A stretch of 63,088 bases of DNA, filler included, from Octopus bimaculoides (lineage: Eukaryota): assembly GCF_001194135.2 (NCBI RefSeq). It is 6 parts of 5 records of this genome, joined end to end, with 100 filler letters (N's around TTAATTAATTAA, not from the genome) between each part and the next. Parts side by side here need not be neighbours in the genome. Positions count along the whole stretch, not along the records: positions 1 to 19,591 come from NC_068995.1; 5 more parts are not named here. One strand, 5' to 3'. The notes under the pieces were generated by a model. That model made no database searches and was not told the origin of the DNA. It saw nothing but the letters and a program-made list of their open reading frames with translations. How positions within the stretch are numbered: the first letter of the stretch is position 1; each line of letters starts with the position of its first letter. Made by a program: the position numbers and the translations under genes. Shown piece after piece: positions 1 through 12,928 of the stretch.

Positions 1-165
1 AGTATTTGTCCCCCGCTACCGCTTGACAACAGGTGTCGGTGTGTTTGCGTCCGCGTAACTTAGTGGTTCGCCAAAAGCGACTGATTGAATACAAAAAGCA
101 CTGGTGGCGAGTCGTTCGTATAAAAGTCCTCAAGGTGGTGCCCCAGCATGGTCGCAGTCTAGTCA
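1..165 (+). mobile_element. SINE family B (local name), 3' arm
   Basis: CTTGACAAC...GTAACTTAGTGGTTCG...GGTGGTGCCCCAGCATGGTCGCAGTC matches the 3' arm of the more complete copy at 56115-56505. Confidence 0.7.
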
Positions 166-467
166 GTGTTACATTTTTAAGCCTGGTATTTATTCTATCG
201 ACCTCTAATTTACGGGAACGTTAACAATGTGACACCGGCTTGCAAGTGATGGTGCGGGACAAACACAACCACAAAGAGGTGAGAGCCATTACACAGTGCG
301 GTACTAATTTCTACCTACCTTTAGCATTGGTTGGTACATAACTTCATGTTATGTGCTTCTGTTTATGGCATCAATGTAGTTAACTGGTCTTCGTCTTTAA
401 TTATCGAGCGGAATTATTCATTCTATAACATACTTTATAGACTGGAGTTTAAACACGATAAGGATAT

Positions 468-703
468 ATGTATGTATGTATGTTTGTATGTATGTATGTA
501 TGTATGCATGTATGTATGTATGTATGTATATATGTGTGTGTGTATGTGTGTGTTTATGCATGGATGCGTTTCTGTATGTGTGTGTTTATGTATGTGTGCG
601 TATGTGTGTGTGTTTATGTATGTATGTTTGTATATGTGTATGTATGTATGTATGTATGTATGTATGTATGTATGTTTGTATGTTTGTTTGTATGTATATA
701 TGT
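468..703. repeat. Compound (TATG)n/(TG)n microsatellite
   Basis: Direct reading; explains the MYVC-type ORFs. Confidence 0.95.
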
Positions 704-729
704 ATTTTCTCTGCAATTCGATTTTCGAA

Positions 730-1329
730 CAATGGCCATTGTTTAACTGTTCTCTTAAAGCACCACAGGTTACAGATTTGACTTTTCAGTCCTGCTGGGG
801 ACCTACAAGCTTTGACGCAGACTTGGTAATGATGGACACCTCTTGCAGCAGGTGTACAGAGAGCATGACACACTCAGTGACATACGCTTTCACTCGGTCA
901 TGGGAATTTTTCCTGGAGCGTTTTGAGATTTTCGGCTACGGCTAGCCATTGTATACAATACATAATAGAGATATTAAAAATGAAGCGACGGCTGGACCTG
1001 AAGCTATTTATATGGAGGAAGAGATTTACAATGGGTCAATCCAACTCTCCAAACAACGTATGTGTTTGCTCAAAACGAAGAGGTGGTCTGTATCATTAGA
1101 TTCAAACGAAGTCACAGGTGCTGTATCAGAGTTTACCTTCTTGAGAGACGTTTAAACAAAGACTAGTGGGTCACTCATTCATAGCTGTTGGATGACCATT
1201 TGATTGGTGGCTTTGTTTCATATCCTGCTGGGTGTCCAGAGGAAAACATCCTCATTACTAAGCAATCTTGGTGGAGTTGCCGGTTCAGTTGCAAACGGTT
1301 GGCTGTATGATACGTTTCACATAAACTGA
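730..1329 (+). pseudogene. Possible decayed coding fragment, weakly MFS/SLC16 transporter-like
   Basis: Non-repetitive; frame +1 has only 4 stops (945, 1155, 1203, 1329) over about 200 codons; the last segment LVALFHILLGVQRKTSSLLSNLGGVAGSVANGWLYDTFHIN resembles an MFS helix ending in GW-x-x-D. Confidence 0.25.
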
Positions 1330-1369
1330 CGCATTTCACATAGACGCAGCACTGAGAATGACCTGACGT

Positions 1370-2480
1370 ACATACATACCTACATAAATAAACATACAAA
1401 CATTCGCACAGGAATACACACACATACACACGCACATATACACACACGCATATACACACACACGCACACACACACACACACACACAGTTCCATGCGCGAG
1501 CACACACAAACACACACACACATACTCACACGCACGTATGCACGCACACACAAATACAAGGGTTCATTATTGATTTGAAATAAACTACTGGAGAGTCAGG
1601 GGGGCATGAGATCAATTGCAGGAAACCTTCGGTTTCTGATATATCGTCTTGTTTACCACCCATATGACAAACATATTTCAGACCACAAACTTCCTGCACA
1701 AGAGCTTATTAACCACTTTTGTGGTTAATAAAATATACGTTCTGTAAATGTGGGTCTATATACATATACATGTAAATATATACATACACGCATGCACACA
1801 TACATACATAGACACATATACATATATTTACAGTTACACACACGCATGCACACATACATACATAGACACATATACATATATTTACAGTTACACAGACGCA
1901 TGCACACATGCACATTTGCGCGTACACAGTATACAGGCACTCGAGTTTCATGTTAGGATGAATACCCACAACCTATATACATGCACAACAGGGAACTATG
2001 TGTGTATGTTAATGTGTGGATGTATATATGCGTGTACGTATTATGTATGTATTTGTATGTGTGCTTATATGTGTATGCATATACATATAACTGTGTATAT
2101 ATCCATGTTTGTGTGTGTATGTATATGTATATATATGCAGACTCATATACATAGATATATATGTGCGTGTGCGTGCGTATTTTTGTGTGTGAGTGCTCGT
2201 TCGTATGCGCGCATTATTCTCTGCGTAACACGAATTACCTTTCAAACTGACACTCACACATATACACACATAGACATGCACGCACACGCGCGAGCGCACA
2301 CACATTCACACACATACACACACATACACAACAGCACATATTTATGTCCATGTACACTCTCACACGCATACACCTATTCATACACACACACGTTTACACA
2401 CACGCGCGGACACACACTCATACACATACACCTCTTTTTTTCACACACTTTCTCCAACACCAACCTCACGTGCATATACA
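1370..2480. repeat. Compound CA/TG/TA microsatellite block with a 54-bp tandem duplication (1786-1909)
   Basis: Direct reading; the 54-bp unit ACACGCATGCACACATACATACATAGACACATATACATATATTTACAGTTACAC occurs twice plus a partial third copy. Confidence 0.9.
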
Positions 2481-3390
2481 GACGACATTCACCTATGATT
2501 TTTATCGTAAACCATAGAGTATATCTCCAGGCTTTATTCCTAGAAACAAAACGAATAGACGAGAGAAGACAATGTGTAATTAGAAAATGCGGTTGAGTCC
2601 CCCGTAGGAAAATTAGAGGAGAATATTGAGGAGAAAAAGACGAGGAGAAAAAGACGAGGAGAAAGTCAGCGGTAAGGCCATAGCAGGATTTTTGTTCAGA
2701 AAGCTTTCGATGTGAAAACAATATAAATAACATCGATACACACGGCAAAATATAGCCCCAAACCGTAGATATTGCCATTGTGTTCAGCAATTATTTTTGC
2801 TTAGGTCCCCTTCCTTCCTAGAGCTCTCCTTACACGAAGTTAACGATAAATGTTACAAAAAAAAAGAAAGAAATAAAATGAAATAAAAATAAAAAGATAA
2901 TTTTGAAACCCTAAAAAATAATTAGGAAAAATGTATAAAAATATATAAAATNNNNNNNNNNNNNNNNNNNNNNNNNNNNNNNNNNNNNNNNNNNNNNNNN
3001 NNNNNNNNNNNNNNNNNNNNNNNNNNNNNNNNNNNNNNNNNNNNNNNNNNNNNNNNNNNNNNNNNNNNNNNNNNNNNNNNNNNNNNNNNNNNNNNNNNNN
3101 NNNNNNNNNNNNNNNNNNNNNNNNNNNNNNNNNNNNNNNNNNNNNNNNNNNNNNNNNNNNNNNNNNNNNNNNNNNNNNNNNNNNNNNNNNNNNNNNNNNN
3201 NNNNNNNNNNNNNNNNNNNNNNNNNNNNNNNNNNNNNNNNNNNNNNNNNNNNNNNNNNNNNNNNNNNNNNNNNNNNNNNNNNNNNNNNNNNNNNNNNNNN
3301 NNNNNNNNNNNNNNNNNNNNNNNNNNNNNNNNNNNNNNNNNNNNNNNNNNNNNNNNNNNNNNNNNNNNNNNNNNNNNNNNNNNNNNNNNN

Positions 3391-3860
3391 TGAAAGTAGT
3401 TGTGGTGGTAGTAGTAATAGAGGTACCAGTGGTGATAGAGATGATACTGGTGGTGGTGGTAGTGGTGGTGGTGGTGGTGGTGGTGTTGGTGGTAGTGCTG
3501 GTCGTGATGATCCTGTTGTTGTTGGTGGTAGCGGTGGAGTTAGCACCCGTGTTGGTGATGGTGAAAGTAGTTGTGGTGGTAGTAGTAATAGAGGTACCAG
3601 TGGTGATAGAGATGATACTGGTGGTGGTGGTAGTGGTGGTGGTGGATGTGGGGCTGTTTGTAGCGATTGTGATGGTGCTAGTATTGATAGTGGTGGTAAT
3701 GTTCTTGTGGTTGTTGTGGTAGTGGAGTGGTGTGAGATGGCGGTGGGGGTGGGGGATCGATGGGTTTGTTAGATTTTATGATGTTGACGTTGCTTGTGGC
3801 GGTGGTGAATGTAGCCATTGCGGTGGTGGTATTAACGACGTATGCTGGTGTAAGTAGTAT

Positions 3861-3900
<40 letters not shown>
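3391..3900. repeat. Degenerate (GTG/GTA)n array with a 171-bp-period duplication
   Basis: TGAAAGTAGTTGTGGTGGTAGTAGTAATAGAGGTACCAGTGGTGATAGAG starts at both 3391 and 3562. Confidence 0.9.
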
Positions 3901-3901
<1 letters not shown>

Positions 3902-4029
3902 TTTGTATTGCTCATTTATCTACAATGGAGCTCCTGATCGAACCAAAGTTCTCCAAAGCGCTCCAAATACGACTCTCTCGTTTATTACCTCTCTCTCTGT
4001 CCGCCTCTCTCTCTCTGTATCTTTCATTT

Positions 4030-4225
4030 TTTTATCTTTCATATTGCTTCAGTCGTTAGGCTGCGGCCATGCTGGGGCACTGCCTTGAAGGATTTTCAGT
4101 CAAACTAACCGACCCCATATTTTCTAAGCCTAGTACTTATTCAATCGGTCTGCCTTGCCGAACCGCCAAGTTATGGAGATGCAAACACACCAACACCGGT
4201 TGAGAAACAAACAGATGGAAAGACA
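4030..4225 (-). mobile_element. SINE family B, 3' arm
   Basis: Reverse complement of the 3' arm (GCTGCGGCCATGCTGGGGCAC...GAACCGCCAAGTTA). Confidence 0.75.
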
Positions 4226-4325
4226 CACACAACTCTCTCTCTCTCCCTCACTCTCTCTCTCTCTCTCTCTTTCTCTCTCTATCTCTCTCTCTCACTCTTT
4301 CTTTCTCTCTCTCTCTCTCTCTCTG

Positions 4326-4396
4326 AACCAAGTAAAAGAGTAAAAGAGTGTGATAAGAAGCTTGCTTCCCAACCACACGGTTCCAGGTTCAGTCCC
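4326..4396 (+). mobile_element. SINE family B tail joined directly to the head of a second copy, truncated by a gap
   Basis: AAGTAAAAGAGTAAAAGAG tail followed by TGTGATAAGAAGCTTGCTTCCCAACCACACGGTTCCAGGTTCAGTCCC (B-box-like GGTTCAGTCCC). Confidence 0.7.
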
Positions 4397-5125
4397 NNNN
4401 NNNNNNNNNNNNNNNNNNNNNNNNNNNNNNNNNNNNNNNNNNNNNNNNNNNNNNNNNNNNNNNNNNNNNNNNNNNNNNNNNNNNNNNNNNNNNNNNNNNN
4501 NNNNNNNNNNNNNNNNNNNNNNNNNNNNNNNNNNNNNNNNNNNNNNNNNNNNNNNNNNNNNNNNNNNNNNNNNNNNNNNNNNNNNNNNNNNNNNNNNNNN
4601 NNNNNNNNNNNNNNNNNNNNNNNNNNNNNNNNNNNNNNNNNNNNNNNNNNNNNNNNNNNNNNNNNNNNNNNNNNNNNNNNNNNNNNNNNNNNNNNNNNNN
4701 NNNNNNNNNNNNNNNNNNNNNNNNNNNNNNNNNNNNNNNNNNNNNNNNNNNNNNNNNNNNNNNNNNNNNNNNNNNNNNNNNNNNNNNNNNNNNNNNNNNN
4801 NNNNNNNNNNNNNNNNNNNNNNNNNNNNNNNNNNNNNNNNNNNNNNNNNNNNNNNNNNNNNNNNNNNNNNNNNNNNNNNNNNNNNNNNNNNNNNNNNNNN
4901 NNNNNNNNNNNNNNNNNNNNNNNNNNNNNNNNNNNNNNNNNNNNNNNNNNNNNNNNNNNNNNNNNNNNNNNNNNNNNNNNNNNNNNNNGTGATCTGTGGA
5001 ATAAGAACAATCAGACCCCAAGTTATGTTCTGAAGGGTGCCATGAAATGGAGATGGGTAGGAGCGGGCGAGAAAATTGAATTTAATGTCCCGTATGTGTG
5101 TGTGTGTGTGTGTGTGTCTGTGTGT

Positions 5126-5168
<43 letters not shown>

Positions 5169-6109
5169 GCCTTTACTTGCGTTTATGTCTGTGTCTGTGT
5201 GGTGTGTGTCAGTGATGTTTCTGTGCATTTGTGCGTTCGGCGAATCTCTATTGGTGTGCACGTCTTTATAATATTTCAGATTGTGATTTTAATGCGACTT
5301 AATATTTGTGTGGGTGTATGAATAGTAATCTATCACCGCGCTTGTGTGTGTGTGTGTGTGTGTGTGTTAGACAACGCAGGAAATGTGTACACCGTGAACA
5401 TACACCTATAAACACATACACACATACAAACGCACAGACGCACATACAACACACACATTTGTATATATGCTCATTGTCATTTGCAAGGCGGTGAGCTGGC
5501 AGAACCGAGTAAAAACTCAGAAACTAGTCTCTGGATGCAGGCTTAGTTGGGTGGAGGTGCTTGTCTCCCCCTTGTAAACATAAGGACACAGGGAATGTGT
5601 CTAGGCCGACAGGAAGCGGTGCTGCTTCCTAGGGCTAAATAGCAGTAGTATTATTCCCTTCATNNNNNNNNNNNNNNNNNNNNNNNNNNNNNNNNNNNNN
5701 NNNNNNNNNNNNNNNNNNNNNNNNNNNNNNNNNNNNNNNNNNNNNNNNNNNNNNNNNNNNNNNNNNNNNNNNNNNNNNNNNNNNNNNNNNNNNNNNNNNN
5801 NNNNNNNNNNNNNNNNNNNNNNNNNNNNNNNNNNNNNNNNNNNNNNNNNNNNNNNNNNNNNNNNNNNNNNNNNNNNNNNNNNNNNNNNNNNNNNNNNNNN
5901 NNNNNNNNNNNNNNNNNNNNNNNNNNNNNNNNNNNNNNNNNNNNNNNNNNNNNNNNNNNNNNNNNNNNNNNNNNNNNNNNNNNNNNNNNNNNNNNNNNNN
6001 NNNNNNNNNNNNNNNNNNNNNNNNNNNNNNNNNNNNNNNNNNNNNNNNNNNNNNNNNNNNNNNNNNNNNNNNNNNNAGACGCACAAATATATACACATGA
6101 TATATATAT

Positions 6110-6251
6110 ATATATATATACGACGAGTTTCTTTCAGTTTCTGTCTACCAAATCCACTCACAAGCTTTGGTCGGCCCGCGGCTATAGTAGAAGACACTTG
6201 CGACAGAACCAGAACCATGTGTTTGAGAAGCAAGCTTCTTACCACACAGCC
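6110..6251 (-). mobile_element. SINE family B, 5' half running into (TA)n
   Basis: Reverse complement reads GTGGCTGTGTGGTAAGAAGCTTGCTT...CTACTATAGCCGCGGGCCGACCAAAGC...GAAACTGAAAGAAACTCGTCG(TA)n. Confidence 0.8.
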
Positions 6252-6460
6252 ACAAAGAATTATTGTTGTTGTTGATGTGGTTTATTCATGTTGTAATTGT
6301 TGTTATTGTTGTTTTCCTTGTTGTAGATGTTAAAGTTATTGCTGTTGTTATACATGCTGTCTGCCAGTCAAAGAATATAGAATCTGAAGAATAGCTGCAC
6401 TGTCTGTGAGTGCTCGTCAGTCTATCCATAGACAGAATAGAGGAGGTGCTTTCAACTTAC

Positions 6461-6480
6461 ATCGTTTAACCTATTACGTG
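6461..6480 (-). CDS. Candidate 20-nt micro-exon of an unidentified gene
   Basis: Minus strand: ttttatatgtttgtctag|CACGTAATAGGTTAAACGAT|gtaagt; only one frame is open (xRNRLND). Confidence 0.3.
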
Positions 6481-6744
6481 CTAGACAAACATATAAAATA
6501 CCTCAGTAATAAACTGAAGCAGCAGCAGTAGCAGCAGCAGCAGCAACAACAACGACAACAACAGCAATGGCAAACAGGAAGAACCAAAGCATAAACAAGT
6601 ACAACACAACAAAAATGACGACAGCAACAACGAGAAGAAGAATACCATCTGCAACAAGAAATTTAACAAAAAGTAATAAAAAAAAACAAAAAAACAACAA
6701 CCCCCACAAAAGTATGTAACATACTAGAGCTATGTGCGATTTAT

Positions 6745-6863
6745 GAGTGTGTGTGTGTGTGTGAGTGTGTGCGTGCGTGCGTGTGTGTGTGTATCATGGT
6801 AAAACATATACATACGTATATACATATATATATATATATACATACGTAAATATAAATACATAC

Positions 6864-6911
<48 letters not shown>

Positions 6912-6980
6912 GTATATATAGTATGTATATATAAATACACAAACACATGTATATGCATCTAAGACTATGTACACACACGC

Positions 6981-7059
<79 letters not shown>

Positions 7060-7505
7060 CATATATATATATATATACATACACATATATATACACATAT
7101 ATATATATATACATACATACATATATATATATATATAGATAGATATACATATAAACACCCACACACTCGCATATATGTATATATGAACATATAAGTATAT
7201 ATGAACATATATGTATATATATATATATATGCATGCATGTATGTCTGTGTGATGGGATGTATGTATTTGTGGGTGTGTGGATGTGCGTGTGTGCGTGCGT
7301 GCGCGTGTTTATATAGCAAATATATACCACACAGTTAGTTCTGAATATAGTATGCCCTTTGTTCTTGACCCTTGATCTCGTTTCTAACCGACAAAAACAC
7401 AACAGAACTCTCTTTTTTCCTAAATCAACTAAACGCACATCCTGTTCTAAAGACACAGCGAAATACTCGTGCGTTTGTGTGTGTGTCTCTGTGTATGTAT
7501 GTATG

Positions 7506-7584
<79 letters not shown>

Positions 7585-8747
7585 GTGTGTTGTGTATTCC
7601 AGACACAGACACCTGCAAGCACTTATAGAAGAATAAACATACCCTCATACTTAATCTATGCTATTGCTACCATACATCTTTAGCTCCATACACGCATACA
7701 TATAGACATACGCATATACATACATACATACACATATATACATACATACGTACATACGTACATACATACATACATACATGCATACATACATACGTAAAGA
7801 CACACATCTATGTGTTTGCGTGTGTTCTTGTGCGCATGTGTTTGCNNNNNNNNNNNNNNNNNNNNNNNNNNNNNNNNNNNNNNNNNNNNNNNNNNNNNNN
7901 NNNNNNNNNNNNNNNNNNNNNNNNNNNNNNNNNNNNNNNNNNNNNNNNNNNNNNNNNNNNNNNNNNNNNNNNNNNNNNNNNNNNNNNNNNNNNNNNNNNN
8001 NNNNNNNNNNNNNNNNNNNNNNNNNNNNNNNNNNNNNNNNNNNNNNNNNNNNNNNNNNNNNNNNNNNNNNNNNNNNNNNNNNNNNNNNNNNNNNNNNNNN
8101 NNNNNNNNNNNNNNNNNNNNNNNNNNNNNNNNNNNNNNNNNNNNNNNNNNNNNNNNNNNNNNNNNNNNNNNNNNNNNNNNNNNNNNNNNNNNNNNNNNNN
8201 NNNNNNNNNNNNNNNNNNNNNNNNNNNNNNNNNNNNNNNNNNNNNNNNNNNNNNNNNNNNNNNNNNNNNNNNNNNNNNNNNNNNNNNNNNNNNNNNNNNN
8301 NNNNNNNNNNNNNNNNNNNNNNNNNNNNNNNNNNNNNNNNNNNNNNNNNNNNNNNNNNNNNNNNNNNNNNNNNNNNNNNNNNNNNNNNNNNNNNNNNNNN
8401 NNNNNNNNNNNNNNNNNNNNNNNNNNNNNNNNNNNNNNNNNNNNNNNNNNNNNNNNNNNNNNNNNNNNNNNNNNNNNNNNNNNNNNNNNNNNNNNNNNNN
8501 NNNNNNNNNNNNNNNNNNNNNNNNNNNNNNNNNNNNNNNNNNNNNNNNNNNNNNNNNNNNNNNNNNNNNNNNNNNNNNNNNNNNNNNNNNNNNNNNNNNN
8601 NNNNNNNNNNNNNNNNNNNNNNNNNNNNNNNNNNNNNNNNNNNNNNNNNNNNNNNNNNNNNNNNNNNNNNNNNNNNNNNNNNNNNNNNNNNNNNNNNNNN
8701 NNNNTGTGTGTGTGTGTGTGTGTATGGATTTATATATATGTATGTAC

Positions 8748-8779
<32 letters not shown>

Positions 8780-9041
8780 GTATATACATATATATGCATA
8801 TAGATATATGCATATATATATGCATATATATATGCGTATGTTTAAGCATATATATATATATGTAAGTATATATAAGTATATTTATACATATATATGCGTG
8901 TGTATAAGCATATATATATATATGCATATATATAAGTATATATATATACATATATATGTGTGTGTATAAATATATATATATATATGTATGTCTGCGCATG
9001 CAGCCATTTATGACTAACTATAGACAGACAGACAGACAGAC

Positions 9042-9089
<48 letters not shown>

Positions 9090-9110
9090 TGATAGATATA
9101 CACCTGCACA
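6745..9110. repeat. Compound (TA)n/(CA)n/(GATA)n/(GA)n/(TG)n microsatellite block with a gap
   Basis: Direct reading. Confidence 0.95.
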
Positions 9111-9761
9111 TATATGTATGTAAACTTTTTTTTTCATTAACAGTTCAGTTATATTTTGCCAGGGAGTAAAGCCTTGCTCGAAAGCCTTGTTCTTTTCTCC
9201 TAACTTGAAAGAAGTCATAAACTTCGTGTTTTATTTTCTAAATTTATATTATTTCAATATCTATTTCCTTTACATTCACAGACACGTGTTTCGGAAAACT
9301 TTCTCCTTTATTGCCATGAAATATTTCAGAGAATAAATATTTGAAAGAGTATGCTGAAGCCTGTAATACAATGCAGTGTATGCGTGTGCGTTTGTGCGTG
9401 TGTGTGTGTCTGTATGTCTGTGTATGCGTGTTTTTTATACAGACACATACATACATATGTGGTACTTCTTAGAATCGAAACCACAATGATTTCTAATAGA
9501 GCAGCTGATGATGGGATATATAATGACATTTAAATGACTTTTATATTGTAATATGTGTTTGTACCTTCCGGCTTTTTTCTCGCATCTTCTTTGTCTAATT
9601 ATATATTTTTCCATATTCCATGTAATTCCCGTTTGTATTCCACGTTGTCAGAATTCTACAATCATGTCAGATGGTTCTAACTTTTCAATTATTTTTCTTA
9701 TCAATTGTTTAATTTTACAGTCAAGGAAGTATAATGATTATTTATTTAGTTAGATCTAGTT

Positions 9762-9806
9762 CAGTGTTTCTCAATCAATTTTTTTTTTTTTAACCCATGA
9801 ACTCAN
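9762..9806 (+). mobile_element. hAT/Charlie-like MITE end, truncated by a gap
   Basis: CAGTGTTTCTCAA terminus followed by a T-run, typical of hAT-Charlie-type TIRs. Confidence 0.45.
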
Positions 9807-10762
9807 NNNNNNNNNNNNNNNNNNNNNNNNNNNNNNNNNNNNNNNNNNNNNNNNNNNNNNNNNNNNNNNNNNNNNNNNNNNNNNNNNNNNNNNNNNNNNN
9901 NNNNNNNNNNNNNNNNNNNNNNNNNNNNNNNNNNNNNNNNNNNNNNNNNNNNNNNNNNNNNNNNNNNNNNNNNNNNNNNNNNNNNNNNNNNNNNNNNNNN
10001 NNNNNNNNNNNNNNNNNNNNNNNNNNNNNNNNNNNNNNNNNNNNNNNNNNNNNNNNNNNNNNNNNNNNNNNNNNNNNNNNNNNNNNNNNNNNNNNNNNNN
10101 NNNNNNNNNNNNNNNNNNNNNNNNNNNNNNNNNNNNNNNNNNNNNNNNNNNNNNNNNNNNNNNNNNNNNNNNNNNNNNNNNNNNNNNNNNNNNNNNNNNN
10201 NNNNNNNNNNNNNNNNNNNNNNNNNNNNNNNNNNNNNNNNNNNNNNNNNNNNNNNNNNNNNNNNNNNNNNNNNNNNNNNNNNNNNNNNNNNNNNNNNNNN
10301 NNNNNNNNNNNNNNNNNNNNNNNNNNNNNNNNNNNNNNNNNNNNNNNNNNNNNNNNNNNNNNNNNNNNNNNNNNNNNNNNNNNNNNNNNNNNNNNNNNNN
10401 NNNNNNNNNNNNNNNNNNNNNNNNNNNNNNNNNNNNNNNNNNNNNNNNNNNNNNNNNNNNNNNNNNNNNNNNNNNNNNNNNNNNNNNNNNNNNNNNNNNN
10501 NNNNNNNNNNNNNNNNNNNNNNNNNNNNNNNNNNNNNNNNNNNNNNNNNNNNNNNNNNNNNNNNNNNNNNNNNNNNNNNNNNNNNNNNNNNNNNNNNNNN
10601 NNNNNNNNNNNNNNNNNNNNNNNNNNNNNNNNNNNNNNNNNNNNNNNNNNNNNNNNNNNNNNNNNNNNNNNNNNNNNNNNNNNNNNNNNNNNNNNNNNNN
10701 NNNNNNNNNNNNNNNNNNNNNNNNNNNNNNNNNNNNNNNNNNNNNNNNNNNNNNNNNNNNNN

Positions 10763-10808
<46 letters not shown>

Positions 10809-11302
10809 GTGTGTCTGTGTATGTATGTTCGTGGTTGATGCGTGTGTCTGCACTGGTTTATGTAGTTATAGTTACGTTGCTTCGTCACTGTAGCTACATT
10901 CTCATGTGCAAATATTTTTATGCGAGTATAAGTGTATTTTGTGAGACGAGTGTTTATCTGTGGGTTTTGTGTATGCGTGTGTGCCAGTGTGTGTGTGTAT
11001 GTGTTTGTGTGCGTGTGTGTGCGTATTAACGTGCATACATATTCGTACAATTAACTTGGTAAATAGTTTTGCTCATATTCTATGTGCGGATATTAGATAC
11101 ATATCGTATATGTAAGTATGTATACATGCATGTATGTACGTATGTATGTATGCATATATGTATGGATGCATATATGTATGTATGCATGCATACATATATT
11201 TATACATACAAACATACATATAAATATATATATATGTATATAAATACATGACACAATAGATATATGTATTATAATATATAAGATATATATACATTATATT
11301 AC

Positions 11303-11348
<46 letters not shown>

Positions 11349-11398
11349 ATATAAATTTTATCATATATACACACACGCACATACATACATACATACAA

Positions 11399-11429
<31 letters not shown>

Positions 11430-11446
11430 TATACGCAAGCATGTAG

Positions 11447-11524
<78 letters not shown>

Positions 11525-11552
11525 TATATACATACACATATATGTTAACATA

Positions 11553-11585
<33 letters not shown>

Positions 11586-12105
11586 GTATACATATATATA
11601 TATATATAAATATATATACATATAGATATATATGTGTGTGTGCGTGTGTGCGCGCGCTCATATTTTTGTATGTGTATTGGAACGTATGATTCTATATGAT
11701 TTTGTGTATATTGATTCTTATATAAGCATTTCTGTATATGTGTGTCTACATACATACATTCATACATACATACATAGAAATACACGTTTATGCGTAAAAA
11801 TTACGCATAATAATGTAATGTATATATTAAACATTTGTTTGTATACGTTCATGTCTGTATGAGTGAACATGCGTGAACGTGTGTGTGCATATAAAATGTG
11901 TTGTGTAATCTACATACGTGTGGAATGTGTGTGCGATTCAAATGAGGAATTTCAACCCAAATTCCACAACAATTAATTTTGTAATTAAATTAAACTTTAC
12001 CTTAATAAAAACTAAAGAATAAAATAAACACACACATGTACATGCATGTGCATTTATATACATATCTGTACATGTGTATATATACATACTTCTGTTTGAG
12101 CGTGT
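10763..12105. repeat. Compound TG/TA/CA microsatellite block
   Basis: Direct reading; includes a nearly pure (TA)n run at about 11449-11518. Confidence 0.95.
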
Positions 12106-12560
12106 NNNNNNNNNNNNNNNNNNNNNNNNNNNNNNNNNNNNNNNNNNNNNNNNNNNNNNNNNNNNNNNNNNNNNNNNNNNNNNNNNNNNNNNNNNNNNNN
12201 NNNNNNNNNNNNNNNNNNNNNNNNNNNNNNNNNNNNNNNNNNNNNNNNNNNNNNNNNNNNNNNNNNNNNNNNNNNNNNNNNNNNNNNNNTATATATATAT
12301 ATATAATATCCACACACACACACACACATATATGGAAAAAAATCAATGTATGTAATATTTAAACAGACATATAATTTCAAAACAAAATGAAAATATTACG
12401 CCACGAAACAAAAACGTCGATTATAAAAAAAAAATACAACAGCATAATTAAAGTTATTATACCAAAAATTAAAATAAAAGAATTCAACTACAAATGATAA
12501 TTAAAATATATATTAATGATCTTTATGCAAGATTAGTTGAACATATTTATAATTTTGAAT

Positions 12561-12780
12561 TCATTTCCCCGTAGCATCTTGGACAAGATGTTCAAATGTG
12601 ATACGCTCAGTCGTGTAATATTCTACGTTGTTTATGCTCGTTCCACTCCAGCTCGGCTTTGATCTTGCAGACGTATGATGGAAGACACTCCAGCCATGAT
12701 TTTTCTCAGTAGCATTGTTGTCCAAGACATACCCAAGGTCAGCGGTCCTCAACCGAGGTCCCTTGCGGTTCATACGTCCT
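12561..12780 (-). CDS. Candidate terminal coding exon, product unknown
   Basis: About 70 open codons in non-repetitive CpG-containing DNA (GRMNRKGPRLRTADLGYVLDNNATEKNHGW...QDATGK*); only a weak acceptor (tcttatatgaacacccag). Confidence 0.2.
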
Positions 12781-12928
12781 CTGGGTGTTCATATAAGATT
12801 TTATTGGTTATATTTCTATTCAGCACAAGATATTTTTACAATTTTTTTATTACAGTTTCTAACGGGAATAGACACATGAGATGGCGCTCCCACGATGTGT
12901 GACGAAAGACTTCCGTCCAAGGACACTT

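Noticed and set aside
2531-2670. Exon-like segment with ctccag acceptor and GCG|gtaagg donor
   Set aside because: All three frames contain stops; it could only be non-coding and there is no support for that.
9270-9335. Minus-strand CCGAAACACGTGTC with palindromic stem III, hammerhead-like
   Set aside because: No CUGANGA core and no stem I partner; at best a fully decayed pLTR.
12690-12745. ADLGYVL...NHGW resemblance to the ENPP phosphodiesterase C-terminal motif
   Set aside because: The expected downstream HG(Y/F)DN...GP motif is absent; treated as coincidence, and the ORF is kept only as a low-confidence unknown.
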